Origin: an uncultured Gammaproteobacteria bacterium
GTDB lineage: Bacteria; Patescibacteriota; Patescibacteriia; Magasanikbacterales; GWA2-37-8
NCBI GenBank assembly: GCA_964596525.1
Contig: CAZQUL010000001.1
Coordinates: forward strand, 524,830-588,829
Direction: 5' to 3'
DNA length: 64,000 bases
The stretch's first letter is position 1. The number at the start of each line of letters is the position of its first letter. The translations under genes and the position numbers were made by a program. Shown in pieces: positions 39,243 through 50,093 of the stretch. Below the pieces are notes generated by a model. The model saw nothing but the letters and a program-made list of their open reading frames with translations, ran no database searches and was not told the DNA's origin.

Positions 39243-39438
39243 ATCGGCCGAAGCCTTGGCGCCCCTACGCCTTGAACGGCGGTGCTCTTGCACCGCCGGC
39301 CTTTTTTATTTACAAACGTAGCGTCTTGAATGAAGGTAATATGTGGATAAGGAAAGATCTGGTTTGAAAATTGTTGCTCGGGGATAACTATGCTATACTA
39401 ACCTCACCAAATTATCTCTCGGTTCAAACCTATTCCGT

Positions 39439-42400
39439 ATGCTACAAACCCTGCGTGCGTGGGCCCAAAACCTTGTTACCAAAGCCTGGAATCATCGAAC
39501 GTGGTTAGCGATTGTGGGGGTAGCAAGTTTTTTTATCTTAGTTCTTATTTCATCGGCCGACCCCACGTGGGCGCAAACGACAGGTTCGGGGAGTACGGCG
39601 TCGGGCGGAGGCGGTTTTTACAGCGTTATAAATAGCACCGAAGAGCAGATAAAAGCTGGTGCATCAACAGCTAGCGGTATAGGTGCTGATATTGCCAATA
39701 GCTTGGGGAATGTGTTCGGACGTGCTATTGCCGCCATTCTTCTCATGATTGCGCGCTTATTTTTGGCGCTTACCACGTTCTTTATCAATGTCATCTTGGT
39801 GATCGCCGGGTATAATGGGTATCTCGAATCCACCGCCGTTAACCTGGGTTGGACCGTTATCCGCGACATCACCAACATGTTTTATATCGTCATTCTTTTG
39901 GTGATCGCGTTTGCCACTATTCTTGGTGTGGAAGGATATGAGTGGCGTCAATTACTGCCTAAGCTCGTCGGCTCGGCCATTCTCGTCAACTTTAGTCGCA
40001 CGATTTGTGGCTTTCTCATTGACGGTTCGCAAGTCATCATGATCACGTTCCTCAACGCCATGTCGGCAACCATCGGTGGAAACGTGATTAATGCGTTTAA
40101 GCTTCCCTCGTTTGAAAAATTCCATTCGGCCGTAGATCCCAACTCATTTGCGTCGCCCGGCATCCTTGTTTCCTCTATCGTCGCCCTTATTTTTTCCGCA
40201 CTGGTCATGGCGGTCGTCGGCGCGTATGTTTTTATTTTACTTGCCCGTCTTATCCGTCTGTGGGTACTCATCGTATTATCTCCGCTCGTCTTCGTGCTCC
40301 GTGTTCTTCCTTCTACGGCCGGGTTTGTTTCTGAATGGTGGACCCAGTTAACCGACGATTTGGTAACCGGTCCGGTGCTTGTCTTTTTCTTGTGGCTATC
40401 GCTTATCGTTGTTGGTAGTGGACAAATAAACCAGGAGGTCATTAAAGGTTCCCGTTTGGCCGATAAAAGTCCGATCGAACAGGCATTTGGCGCGCAAGAG
40501 CAGAAGTATGGTCCGACCGATATTTTGGGTGCCAATAATCTGGCCAACTTCTTTATTGCCATCGGCATGTTGTTGGCTGGCGCTAAAGCAGCGAGTAAAA
40601 TCGGTGGCTCGAGCGGCAACCTGATCAATTCCGCCATGAATACTGGCTGGCAAATCGCCAAGATCGCAACCGGTGCGTACATCGGTTCACGTATCGCGCA
40701 GTCTGGTAAGAGCGCAGCAGGGAGCGTGTTCAGTACCGTCATGAGCCCGGTAACCAAGCTCGGCAAAAAAGCTGGTTTGCGCTTGGGTGCCTGGAAAGAG
40801 GATAAAATTGATACCTGGCGTGATAAAAAGGCTAAAGAATGGAGTCAGAAGGGGCAGGCATGGGGCGATCGATTTGGTATTGCCGGAAGGGTGGCTGGCG
40901 CCCTGTTGCCGGGTTTAGCTTCAAGCGTTATCCAGTCCAAAGATCGCGGCGAAGCAATTATGGGTAAGTATGAAGAATACCGCAAACAGGCTTCCGAACG
41001 TCATAAAACGCTCCTCGGTACGAGTGTTGAGGGAATTTCCAAAAAGGTTATTCATGGCGCCCAACAATTAAAGAAAATTCAAGAAGAAGATGCGGCGAGC
41101 GGTGCGTTGAAGAGGGCAGAAATCGAGCGTACCTACGAAGAAGCTTCCGGTAAGATCGGTGGCTTCCTTAAGCCGCATGAAGATCGGGTTGCAGAAGCTA
41201 AAAAAGAACTGGACAAAGCCGAAAAGACTGGCAATTCACTGCTTATTGAACCGGCCCGTGCGCAGCTCAAGTCCGCCGAAGCTGCTCTTAAGAAAGAGAT
41301 GGCTAATCTGAAAGAGGCTGGTTATGATTCCAAATACATTCGCTACTACGAACTGGACAAAGCAGCCACTAAGGCAGATGTAAAGAGCCAGGAAGCGCTT
41401 GAGATTATTCAGGCGGCTTCGGCCCAGCAGAAGGCTGAAGAGCGTGATGCTTTGCGTGTCGCACGCGGTGAGCGTCCGGTGTATGTTCAGGAATTCTTTA
41501 GTTCGCAAGAAAAGAAGCGTACGGAGCTCCTCGGGAATTATTCCGACGATGAACTGGTCGCCGAAATCGGCAAATTGTCCGACAGCTTGCGCGATGTCAA
41601 CACTCGCCTGGCGAACGTTAAAGATCAAGACGAGCGCGATTCGCTGCAAGATAAAATTAAGGGGCAAACCATTGAAATGGCCCGTTTGCAGTCCGAAGCC
41701 GCGCGTCGCGGTGGTGCCCAGGCTCAGAGTGCGCGCAAGGCTGCCGCTGCCACTTTTACCGATGATATCAGCCTTGATGATGCGGTGGGGCAACAGGCTA
41801 TGTACTTGAGCGGTGTCTTGGGTAAAAGCATCCAGGCCACTGAAGCAAGCGTTAAAGCTGCTTTTGACGAACTTAAAGAGCGCTTTGGTACGGCATATGA
41901 GTTTAACGCCTACATGAAGAATTTAGTAGACCGCGAGCGCAATGCCATGTCGAGCGGTGCGCTTGGCTTGGGTGCGACTATTCGTCCGGTATACGACGAC
42001 GCTGCTAAGCAGATGACCTACAAGCCGGTTAGTATGCGCGACAGGACTGTTCGTTCAGGTTCAACCGATGCGCAGTGGATGCGTGATAATCGTACGTTTG
42101 CCGCTGGTAACTGGAAATTGGCCAAAACAGTCGATTTTGAAGGTTCACTTGACCGTCGCGGTGGCAAGTACGTGATTTCTTCGCCGACTGCTGTTCGGGC
42201 GATCGCTGATAAGTTCGGCAGCCTTAAAGGCGAACAGATCAATAAGATTCAGCGCCACCATGTTGAGCGTTTGAAAGAAGCGATTAAAAACATGAACGAC
42301 GCCGAAGTGCGGAACTTCGTTCAGGCTATGGCCGCGCGTTTCCCGCAAGACCCCAAGAAATTCGCGCAGAATTTCGGTACGTTGCTCAGTAGAATTGATA

Positions 42401-42612
42401 ATGGCAGGATTAGAGATCTGTTTAAAGATCCTGCGCTGGGCGCTGCTGGTACCGGGTACCGGACGATTGCCACTAAGGCGCGAACCGGCAAGTCGTTTGA
42501 TGAAGTTATGGCTGATGTTGAATCAACCTATGCGGCTACTCGTGCAACAACCACTACGCGCCGCACCCGCACTACGGGTGGTCCGAGCTCCCGCCCTGCG
42601 TCGTCACCTTAG
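39439..42612 (+). CDS. VirB6/TrbL-like polytopic membrane protein with long coiled-coil C-terminal tail
   Basis: GW..IRDITNMFYI..LLVIAFATIL, LVNFSR, R...LWVL..LSPL.F...LP; lies upstream of prgI/virB4. Confidence 0.75.
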   Translation: MLQTLRAWAQNLVTKAWNHRTWLAIVGVASFFILVLISSADPTWAQTTGSGSTASGGGGFYSVINSTEEQIKAGASTASGIGADIANSLGNVFGRAIAAILLMIARLFLALTTFFINVILVIAGYNGYLESTAVNLGWTVIRDITNMFYIVILLVIAFATILGVEGYEWRQLLPKLVGSAILVNFSRTICGFLIDGSQVIMITFLNAMSATIGGNVINAFKLPSFEKFHSAVDPNSFASPGILVSSIVALIFSALVMAVVGAYVFILLARLIRLWVLIVLSPLVFVLRVLPSTAGFVSEWWTQLTDDLVTGPVLVFFLWLSLIVVGSGQINQEVIKGSRLADKSPIEQAFGAQEQKYGPTDILGANNLANFFIAIGMLLAGAKAASKIGGSSGNLINSAMNTGWQIAKIATGAYIGSRIAQSGKSAAGSVFSTVMSPVTKLGKKAGLRLGAWKEDKIDTWRDKKAKEWSQKGQAWGDRFGIAGRVAGALLPGLASSVIQSKDRGEAIMGKYEEYRKQASERHKTLLGTSVEGISKKVIHGAQQLKKIQEEDAASGALKRAEIERTYEEASGKIGGFLKPHEDRVAEAKKELDKAEKTGNSLLIEPARAQLKSAEAALKKEMANLKEAGYDSKYIRYYELDKAATKADVKSQEALEIIQAASAQQKAEERDALRVARGERPVYVQEFFSSQEKKRTELLGNYSDDELVAEIGKLSDSLRDVNTRLANVKDQDERDSLQDKIKGQTIEMARLQSEAARRGGAQAQSARKAAAATFTDDISLDDAVGQQAMYLSGVLGKSIQATEASVKAAFDELKERFGTAYEFNAYMKNLVDRERNAMSSGALGLGATIRPVYDDAAKQMTYKPVSMRDRTVRSGSTDAQWMRDNRTFAAGNWKLAKTVDFEGSLDRRGGKYVISSPTAVRAIADKFGSLKGEQINKIQRHHVERLKEAIKNMNDAEVRNFVQAMAARFPQDPKKFAQNFGTLLSRIDNGRIRDLFKDPALGAAGTGYRTIATKARTGKSFDEVMADVESTYAATRATTTTRRTRTTGGPSSRPASSP

Positions 42613-42629
42613 TCCCTGTCTCTTAGCGT

Positions 42630-43676
42630 ATGATTCTTGAATCTTTACAACAGCAAAAAAAGCTCACGCCCGAGGAGCTCTCTAAGGCCGAAGAAGAGTA
42701 CCGAGATCTTGATCCCAAAGGTGAAGCTGAACTTTGGGACGGGCTCCACTACTATTTCTTGCGCGCCTCAGTTACTGCTGACCGGGTCTGGTGGCTATCG
42801 TATTTTCGGTGGTACACCGAACTGACGTGGCGTTTTTTGCCACAGCGCTCCGACGAAGTGGTTTCGGCTGTTGCCTATGCGCGCCAGCTTGTTATGGCAG
42901 TGCTTCTTGATTTCGACCCGGTGACAGAGCTTATCATGTATATCAATGAAAAACCGTGGGACGAAGAGGGGGTGGCGCGTTTTTACACCCGGGTTCGCGA
43001 CGGTGTGATGAAAAGTTCGGCGATTGTTGGTGTGAGTAAGGGGCGTGAGATAACCTTGGCTGATCTTTTCCGCGAACTTTCCCTTATCAAGCAAGCAAAT
43101 GACACGCTGCGTATGGCGGAGTTCATCACTCGTTTACGCGATGTGCTCTTTCCCAAAACCGATACGCTTCTTGATGAATACGTGCCGATGGAAGCGGAGC
43201 GCGGCGCTAACGTGCTGACTGACGTAATGCTCTTCTTTTTAGAGGTCGTGCCGGAGTCGTTCTACGCTGTTATGCAGACATCTTTGCATCCCGAATACTA
43301 CGAAACAGGAGCTGCCGAAGGAGAGTCTGCTTCTCCTGCTGAAGAGGCAGAGGCCGACCTTTCTTCTGAACCGGCTGAAGAATCGATTGAAGGTGCGGAA
43401 TCGGTAGCGCCTGCGCAGAGTGAGGAGGCCGGAATTGATGAGTCGGCTGCTACACCAAACGTGTCCGAAGAAACCCCGCGCGCACCGAGCCGACCTACTA
43501 ACACTGAGTTGCGGGCCATGGTAGAGGCGCTTATTCCTGCCGATCTCCCGCCCGAAGAACAAGCTCCACGGATCGTGGAAATGCTCTCCGACTTGGCTGA
43601 CCGTTACCATGATGAAACGATCCGCGACGTATATTACTTTGATGAAACGACCGGGCGCTTTGAATGGCTCCCATAA
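42630..43676 (+). CDS. Hypothetical protein (acidic linker, C-terminal YFDE..GRFEW)
   Basis: 348-aa ORF in operon orientation. Confidence 0.75.
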   Translation: MILESLQQQKKLTPEELSKAEEEYRDLDPKGEAELWDGLHYYFLRASVTADRVWWLSYFRWYTELTWRFLPQRSDEVVSAVAYARQLVMAVLLDFDPVTELIMYINEKPWDEEGVARFYTRVRDGVMKSSAIVGVSKGREITLADLFRELSLIKQANDTLRMAEFITRLRDVLFPKTDTLLDEYVPMEAERGANVLTDVMLFFLEVVPESFYAVMQTSLHPEYYETGAAEGESASPAEEAEADLSSEPAEESIEGAESVAPAQSEEAGIDESAATPNVSEETPRAPSRPTNTELRAMVEALIPADLPPEEQAPRIVEMLSDLADRYHDETIRDVYYFDETTGRFEWLP

Positions 43677-43687
43677 CCTGTTTGCGT

Positions 43688-44554
43688 ATGCCTGCCTTCA
43701 TTACCGTAAAAAAACCCGACGGTACCACCGAGAAAATTTCGATGGAGGAGTTTTTGGCACGACAGAAAAAAAGCGCCCCTCCGGTGCAGTCTGTTGCTTC
43801 GGCACCTGCCCCAACACCGTCTGCTCCACGCGGTGATAGAACTATACTGGCTCAGCCATCGCAACCACTATCTGTTTCCCTCGAAGATGAGATGGTACAG
43901 CCGGAAACCGCACCACCTTTTCCGCCTATGCCGGCACCAGTCCTTTCTTCTCAACCAGAGGAGATGCATACCAGTGAGATTGAAAAGGCGCGTGAGGCAA
44001 TAATGCGCATGTCGGATACGAGTGTGGCTACCGCTACCCCGTTTAATGCATTTAAACACGATGCCGATGTCTCGATGGGGCCACCGGCTACTCCTCCGGC
44101 GCCGCCCGCCGCGGTCCCGCCACTCAAACCATCGCTCTTGGCTGAAGAACCGTCTGAAGAAGAAGCTCTTTCCCCGCCGCCACCGCTTACAAATTTTTCA
44201 TCGCGCCGCCCGATTATGAACGATGTGGTGGCGGCGCCGCGTTCCATCGGTCCGATTGAGGAAATCCAGGCCATAACACTCGTCGATTTCCGACGCTTGT
44301 CGCCTGTTGAGCGTGATGCGGCGATGCGGCTTGAGCAGAAATTCAATAATCTCAAAGCCGAATCGATTCTTTTGTTCTGGCAAGCCCGTGCTGCCTGGAA
44401 AGAAAGCGAGTTGTATCACGTCCTCACGACACCGTTTCTTTCGGCGCTTTTGCGGCGTGAACCGTTGAATCGCTTTTTAGGTAAAGAGAAGGGGATAACC
44501 ATGGCTGAGGTCATAGCGCTCCTTGATATGGAACGCCGTCTTATCCACGATTAA
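43688..44554 (+). CDS. Proline-rich hypothetical protein
   Basis: Operon context; ordered C-terminal domain (GPIEEI...L.DFRRL). Confidence 0.75.
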   Translation: MPAFITVKKPDGTTEKISMEEFLARQKKSAPPVQSVASAPAPTPSAPRGDRTILAQPSQPLSVSLEDEMVQPETAPPFPPMPAPVLSSQPEEMHTSEIEKAREAIMRMSDTSVATATPFNAFKHDADVSMGPPATPPAPPAAVPPLKPSLLAEEPSEEEALSPPPPLTNFSSRRPIMNDVVAAPRSIGPIEEIQAITLVDFRRLSPVERDAAMRLEQKFNNLKAESILLFWQARAAWKESELYHVLTTPFLSALLRREPLNRFLGKEKGITMAEVIALLDMERRLIHD

Positions 44555-44557
44555 TCT

Positions 44558-45028
44558 ATGCGACAGTTCGTCGTCCCGCAATTTATCGACGTAGAAGATA
44601 AGATTCTGGGTCCGATTACGGTGCGGCAGTTCCTTATCCTGCTCGTCACCGGCCTGATCTTATTCATCATGTTCAAGCTTTTTGATTTTGCCTTGTTCGT
44701 GGTGAGCGGATTTTTCATAGGCGGTTTTGCACTGGTCGTGGCGTTTGTGAAAATTAACGGCCAGGCGTTTCACTACGTACTCCTTAATGTGGGGCAGACG
44801 ATGCGCCAACCGGCACTGCGCATCTGGGACAAGCGGTATACCAAGCAAGAATTAGCCGATTTCCGCAAACCCTTCAAACCCGAAGAAGTGGAAGTGGTGC
44901 CGGTGAAAGCGGCATCTCCCCGCCATATCCGCGACCTGTCGCTTCTCGTAAACACTGGCGGCTACTATAACCCGAAAAGTTCCATGAAAGACGAAGTGCC
45001 CGACCGTCCGCGAGTGAAAATCACCTAA
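44558..45028 (+). CDS. PrgI family protein (VirB3-like)
   Basis: QFVVPQFIDVEDKILGPITVRQF followed by two TM helices. Confidence 0.88.
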   Translation: MRQFVVPQFIDVEDKILGPITVRQFLILLVTGLILFIMFKLFDFALFVVSGFFIGGFALVVAFVKINGQAFHYVLLNVGQTMRQPALRIWDKRYTKQELADFRKPFKPEEVEVVPVKAASPRHIRDLSLLVNTGGYYNPKSSMKDEVPDRPRVKIT

Positions 45029-45042
45029 CTTCCCCGATCATT

Positions 45043-45732
45043 ATGAAAAACAAAAAGGCCGATCAAAAACGCAAACGCATTCCCGCGGCCCAACACTATT
45101 TACCGATCGCGGAAATCAAGAACGATACGGTTATCATGAAAGACGGCACTCTCCGCGCGGTGCTTCTGGTTTCGAGTATCAATTTTGCCCTCAAAAACGA
45201 AGACGAACAGAACGCCATCGTTTCTTCGTATGTCGGTTTCCTCAATTCGCTCGAACACCCGCTTAACATCGTTATTCAATCGCGCAAACTCAACATTAAG
45301 CCATACCTAGAAAAACTCGCCGAGCAAGAACGCCAGCAGACCAACGAACTTCTGCGCACGCAAATCGCTGACTACCGTTCGTACATCTTGGAACTCATCA
45401 GTTTGGGCGAGATTATGAGTAAGCAGTTTTACGTCATCGTGCCGTATGATCCGGCATCCAACAAATCGAAGAGTTTCTGGACGCGTTTGGGTGAAGTGGT
45501 AAATCCGGTGCAGGGCGTGCGCCTTAAGGGTGAGCGATTCCTTAAGCGCAAATACGAGCTTGACATGCGGGTGCGCCAGGTGGAAGCCGGTCTTTCGAGC
45601 ATGGGTCTTACCATCGCACAACTTGATACGCAAGCACTCATCGAACTTTATTATTCCACATATAATCCGGATATTGCCTTGGTGCAGAAGCTGCCCAATA
45701 TCGAAGAACTCCGGGTTGAGAAGGAAGGCTAA
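45043..45732 (+). CDS. Conjugation-system-associated protein resembling a VirB4/TraC N-terminal domain
   Basis: V.SINF.LK.EDEQNAI...Y..FLNSL; located between prgI and the ATPase. Confidence 0.7.
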   Translation: MKNKKADQKRKRIPAAQHYLPIAEIKNDTVIMKDGTLRAVLLVSSINFALKNEDEQNAIVSSYVGFLNSLEHPLNIVIQSRKLNIKPYLEKLAEQERQQTNELLRTQIADYRSYILELISLGEIMSKQFYVIVPYDPASNKSKSFWTRLGEVVNPVQGVRLKGERFLKRKYELDMRVRQVEAGLSSMGLTIAQLDTQALIELYYSTYNPDIALVQKLPNIEELRVEKEG

Positions 45733-45743
45733 TCCCGCTTTGT

Positions 45744-47609
45744 ATGGCTTTCAAACCCACATCATCACAACGCATCACCCCCAAGAACGTACTCATGCAG
45801 GAGCAGAAACGGGTGGAGGAAAAGACTTCTGAGGAGCTTCTGACGCTCGAGGAAGAAAAAGTTTACCGCGAAGGTGTCGTGAGCATCCGTGATCTCATCG
45901 CTCCGGCTGCGTTCAAAGTGGATTCCAATTACATCCAGCTCGGTACGGTGTTTTGCCGCACCATTTTTATTACCTCGTATCCGCGCTACATCACGATCGG
46001 CTGGAGTTCGCCGATCATCAATCTGTCGGTGACGATGGATATCTCGATGTTTTTCTATCCGGTCAAATCCGCGATTATTCTGAAGCAGCTCAAAAATAAA
46101 GTGGGTGCTTTACAGGCTCAACTCTCTGCAGACCGTGAAAAAGGTGCGCCGCGTGACCCGCTGCGCGAAACCGCGCTGCGCGATATCGAAGGTTTGCGTG
46201 ACGATCTGACGCAGGGTACCGAGCATTTTTTCCAGTTCGCGTTTTACGTCACGTTTTATGCCGAGAGCAAAGAGCGCCTCGATCAGTTGAGCGAAGATAT
46301 CGAAGGTATCTTTGGCGCCAAACTCATCACGAGCCGCAAAGTACTTTACCAAAGCGAGCAAGGCTTCGATTCTACATTGCCTTTAGCCAATGACGAGCTG
46401 ATGATTTCTTTCAATATGAACTCGTCGCCAATTGCGGCTTCATTCCCGTTCATTTCGGCTGAGCTCACCTCCGATGATGGCATTTTATACGGTATCAACC
46501 GTCATAATAACAGCCTTATCCTCTTCGACCGTTTTTCGCTCCAAAACGCCAACATGGTGGTGTTCGCAACGTCCGGTGCGGGTAAAAGTTATGCTATCAA
46601 GCTCGAGATTTTGCGTAGTCTCATGATGGGCGTTGATGTCATCATTATCGACCCGGAAATGGAATATAAGCATCTGTCGGATGCGGTGGGCGGTACGTAC
46701 ATTAATATCTCTCTGTCGTCTGAGAGCAAGATCAATCCCTTCGACTTGCCGCGCCCGTATGGTCAGGATATGACGGTTGAAGATATTATTCGAAGCGCTG
46801 TCATTACCACCAAAGGCCTTATCCGTATCATGTGCAACGGCCTTACGACCGAGCAGGACTCGGTGATGGATCGCGCGCTCATCGAAACGTACGCTAAAAA
46901 AGATATTACGCCGGGAACGGATTTGGCCACCGCCAAACCGCCGATCATGCAGGATCTGCAAGAGGTTTTGGAAGGCATGGAAGGGTCCGAAGAGCTTGTC
47001 CTTAAACTCAAGAAATATACCGAAGGTACGTTTGCCGGACTCTTCAATTCGCCGACCAATGTGGATATGCGCAACCAACTCGTGATCTTCAGTGTGCGCG
47101 ATTTGGAAGACGAACTGCGCCCGCTCGCCATTTACGCCATCATCAACTACATCTGGAACGTGGTGAGGAGTGAACGCAAGAAACGCATTCTGGTTATCGA
47201 TGAAGCCTGGTGGATGATGCAGCATGAAGACAGTGCGCGGTTTATTCACGCGCTCATCAAACGCTGCCGCAAGTACTATCTCGGCGTGACGACCATCACC
47301 CAAGACGTTAATGACTTTTTGCGCTCGGCATACGGACAATCTATCGTTACCAACTCGGCACTCCAGCTCCTCTTGCGCCAATCGCCCTCGGCCATTGATC
47401 TTATCCAGAAGGTCTTCCTTCTTACCGATAGCGAAAAGTACCTGCTTCTCCAGAGCGGCGTGGGTGAGGGGATTTTCTTCGCCGGTTCCAAGCATGCGGC
47501 TATTCGCGTAGTCGCTTCGCCGACCGAAGACCAAATCGTCACTACCAACCCGCAGCAGCTTATCGAAATTGAGAAAAATAAGAAGAAGTTTGAACAAGCT
47601 TTTAGCTAA
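45744..47609 (+). CDS. virB4: VirB4/TraC-like ATPase
   Basis: Walker A ATSGAGKS, IIDPE.EY, INPFD, Walker B LVIDEAW, RKY..G.TTITQD. Confidence 0.9.
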   Translation: MAFKPTSSQRITPKNVLMQEQKRVEEKTSEELLTLEEEKVYREGVVSIRDLIAPAAFKVDSNYIQLGTVFCRTIFITSYPRYITIGWSSPIINLSVTMDISMFFYPVKSAIILKQLKNKVGALQAQLSADREKGAPRDPLRETALRDIEGLRDDLTQGTEHFFQFAFYVTFYAESKERLDQLSEDIEGIFGAKLITSRKVLYQSEQGFDSTLPLANDELMISFNMNSSPIAASFPFISAELTSDDGILYGINRHNNSLILFDRFSLQNANMVVFATSGAGKSYAIKLEILRSLMMGVDVIIIDPEMEYKHLSDAVGGTYINISLSSESKINPFDLPRPYGQDMTVEDIIRSAVITTKGLIRIMCNGLTTEQDSVMDRALIETYAKKDITPGTDLATAKPPIMQDLQEVLEGMEGSEELVLKLKKYTEGTFAGLFNSPTNVDMRNQLVIFSVRDLEDELRPLAIYAIINYIWNVVRSERKKRILVIDEAWWMMQHEDSARFIHALIKRCRKYYLGVTTITQDVNDFLRSAYGQSIVTNSALQLLLRQSPSAIDLIQKVFLLTDSEKYLLLQSGVGEGIFFAGSKHAAIRVVASPTEDQIVTTNPQQLIEIEKNKKKFEQAFS

Positions 47610-47635
47610 AGAATCTACTTTTTTACGCTACCTGT

Positions 47636-48253
47636 ATGTCCATACGCTTACGACTGGCCATTATCCTCATCGGTATCGTTTTGGTAATCGCGGGGATTGT
47701 GTACGTAGTAATCATCAACACTAAAAAACGCGGATTGCCGACCGACACTCCGAATACCCCGCAAACCGGGCAGGTGATCGACTCGAGCACCTTTACCACC
47801 AACTCGCTTGCGGCGATCACCGGTTCGGGTGCAAACCCGGTACCCACCACCACGCAACCCATCACCAACCCGATTGAGCTAGAAAAACTGGGCGTGGAAC
47901 GGCTCGCTTCGGTGTTTGCCGCACGCTACGGCTCATTTTCGTCAGATAACAGCTATCAGAATGTCCGTGAGGTGGAACAGCTCGCCACCCGCGCGCTATG
48001 GGCTAAAATCCGCCCCCCGAGCTCTCCGCGACCGGCCGCTACGTTCAGCGGCGTTACGACCGAGGTGCTCATGACCAAACTCACTACGTGGGCCGATGCT
48101 GCCGCAACGGTGGAAGTAACCGCCTCGCGCACCGAAACAACGCTCGCGACCGGCGTACCGTCCACTACCGTCTATCAGCAAAAAGCCACGATCAACTTAG
48201 TGAAGCAGGGCACGAATTGGCTCGTCGATAGCTTCACCTGGCTCAAGCCGTAA
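47636..48253 (+). CDS. Bitopic membrane protein with NTF2/VirB8-like C-terminal domain
   Basis: N-terminal TM helix; LA..FAARYGSFS; C-terminal LVKQGTNWLVD. Confidence 0.65.
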   Translation: MSIRLRLAIILIGIVLVIAGIVYVVIINTKKRGLPTDTPNTPQTGQVIDSSTFTTNSLAAITGSGANPVPTTTQPITNPIELEKLGVERLASVFAARYGSFSSDNSYQNVREVEQLATRALWAKIRPPSSPRPAATFSGVTTEVLMTKLTTWADAAATVEVTASRTETTLATGVPSTTVYQQKATINLVKQGTNWLVDSFTWLKP

Positions 48254-48260
48254 GAACTCT

Positions 48261-48986
48261 ATGGAGGGGGTCTTACAGCGAACCTGGGAGGGCATCAAAA
48301 ATGCCTTTTTCCCTATCACGTGCGTAGCTTGTGGCTCATATGGAGCCTGGTGTTGTGCTACGTGCCAAGGCACAGCCGAGCGTATGCGCCACCAGGGTTG
48401 CCCGGTGTGCACGCTTCCTACGCCGCGCGGCGCGCTGTGCAATGATTGTTTGCCGGTATCGCACCTCGATGGTGTAACTGCGTTTTATCAGTACGAAGAA
48501 CGTAAGGTTGTTGCCGAACTCATTAAAGCTCTCAAGTACAGCCGTGCCACCGAAACCATTGCTGCCCTGCGTGGTCTTCTCAACACGGCGGAAAAAGATT
48601 TTGTGCCGCACGTCGCGGTACATGAATTCATTGTCATCCCCGTACCTCTTCACCCGCGCCGTTTTAATGAGCGCGGTTTTAACCAGGCCGAACTCCTTAG
48701 CCGACTTCTCCTTGAAACGCATGCCGATACCTTGCCTGCGGCAACCGTCGTTGTCGGCGATTTGGCGCGCGTGCGCTACACCAATCCGCAGGCCGAGCAG
48801 AGCGGCACAGTGCGCCGTACCAACGTAAAAGATGCCTTTGCATGGCTGGGAGCCGGCAAAGCACCCTCCCACGTACTGCTTGTTGACGACGTATTTACGA
48901 CCGGCAGTACCATGCAGGAGTGTGCCCGGGTGCTTAAGCATCACGGGGCAGAGTGGGTGTGGGGTGTGGCTGTAGCGCGCGGTTAG
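48261..48986 (+). CDS. comF: ComF/GntX competence phosphoribosyltransferase-like protein
   Basis: Double Zn ribbon; IPVPLHPRR..ERGFNQA; LLVDDVFTTGSTM. Confidence 0.93.
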   Translation: MEGVLQRTWEGIKNAFFPITCVACGSYGAWCCATCQGTAERMRHQGCPVCTLPTPRGALCNDCLPVSHLDGVTAFYQYEERKVVAELIKALKYSRATETIAALRGLLNTAEKDFVPHVAVHEFIVIPVPLHPRRFNERGFNQAELLSRLLLETHADTLPAATVVVGDLARVRYTNPQAEQSGTVRRTNVKDAFAWLGAGKAPSHVLLVDDVFTTGSTMQECARVLKHHGAEWVWGVAVARG

Positions 48987-49093
48987 CACCGGATTTTCCT
49001 TATAACCGCTTAGTTGGGCGTATTGACTGCCCGATCGGCCTTTTGCTATAATCGAGCAGAAGTTTGTTTTTTGTTAGATAAAACGTACTCACT

Positions 49094-49182
49094 GGAGACG
49101 TGGCCGAGTTGGTCTAAGGCGCCTCACTGCTAACGAGGTAGGGCCTCAAAAACCCTCGCGAGTTCGAATCTCGCCGTCTCCG
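49094..49182 (+). tRNA. tRNA-Ser(GCT), CCA not encoded
   Basis: GGAGACG/CGTCTCC acceptor stem, CT-GCT-AA anticodon loop, long variable arm, GTTCGAATC. Confidence 0.96.
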
Positions 49183-49296
49183 CAAAAAAATTCCTTTACT
49201 AAGGAATTTTTTTAATTTATTCGTAAGCCAAACTCCTTGCCTTTTTCTTCCCCCTACGCTAGCTTACCAACAGCTACCCAACCAACGAGGTGCCCG

Positions 49297-49974
49297 ATGC
49301 CTGAAACAAACATTTCTCCTGCCATACCTCCCTTCATCAATTTGATCCTTTCGGTTAATGACTGGGGGCAAAAAGCCACGTCTTCGCCTACCGAGATCAG
49401 AATTTTTTACGACCTAGTGCGAGCGGCCGGGTTTGAGGGGGTCTTGGTCATAGGCAAACTCCGCGGCAATTATCACGAAGGAGAGGATGGGAGTGTAACC
49501 GACACTTGTGCTGTCAACGTACTTTCTCCCTTCAAGCTGGTAGATCAAGATGGGCATAACGATATTTTCGCTACCGGCTGGCTCGACTGCGCGCTGCGTT
49601 ACGTGCTGATGTGCGCTCAGGATAGAAAAACCCAGAGCGAAACGGCGGCGCTCTTACAAGTGCAGGTTGAACGCAGCCGACCGCTCCTGCCGATCAGACT
49701 TAATTCTGCCGGCGACACTCTGATTGAGCGTCCGCCGGAGCGACTTCTATCAAATCTCGGGTACTTCGTGGACCATGTGCGAGATGCCCATTCAGCTGCT
49801 TCGCATGTTGGGTACCACCAGTACTGCAACGGTGAAATGCATCGTCGCCGCGCAACCACGACCGATGACGTGCTGGTCTGCCGTGGATGTTATTTGCGCG
49901 TTATGCTGCCCAAGCACGTGCAAACCTACGGCGAGTTGCGCGAGGCGCTCTGTATTCGCTGTGCGCATTCGTAG
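49297..49974 (+). CDS. Hypothetical protein with C-terminal Zn-ribbon-like motif
   Basis: SD GAGGTG; HQYC...CRGC. Confidence 0.7.
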   Translation: MPETNISPAIPPFINLILSVNDWGQKATSSPTEIRIFYDLVRAAGFEGVLVIGKLRGNYHEGEDGSVTDTCAVNVLSPFKLVDQDGHNDIFATGWLDCALRYVLMCAQDRKTQSETAALLQVQVERSRPLLPIRLNSAGDTLIERPPERLLSNLGYFVDHVRDAHSAASHVGYHQYCNGEMHRRRATTTDDVLVCRGCYLRVMLPKHVQTYGELREALCIRCAHS

Positions 49975-50093
49975 CGTGCGCCTCTTCGCTTCATAAACAC
50001 AAGGTGGTTTCGGCCACTTTTTTGATTGCCATCCTTCGTTTCGGTGTGCCTGTGTAGATTTTACGTATCAAAAAACCACGAACCGTAATGCGG

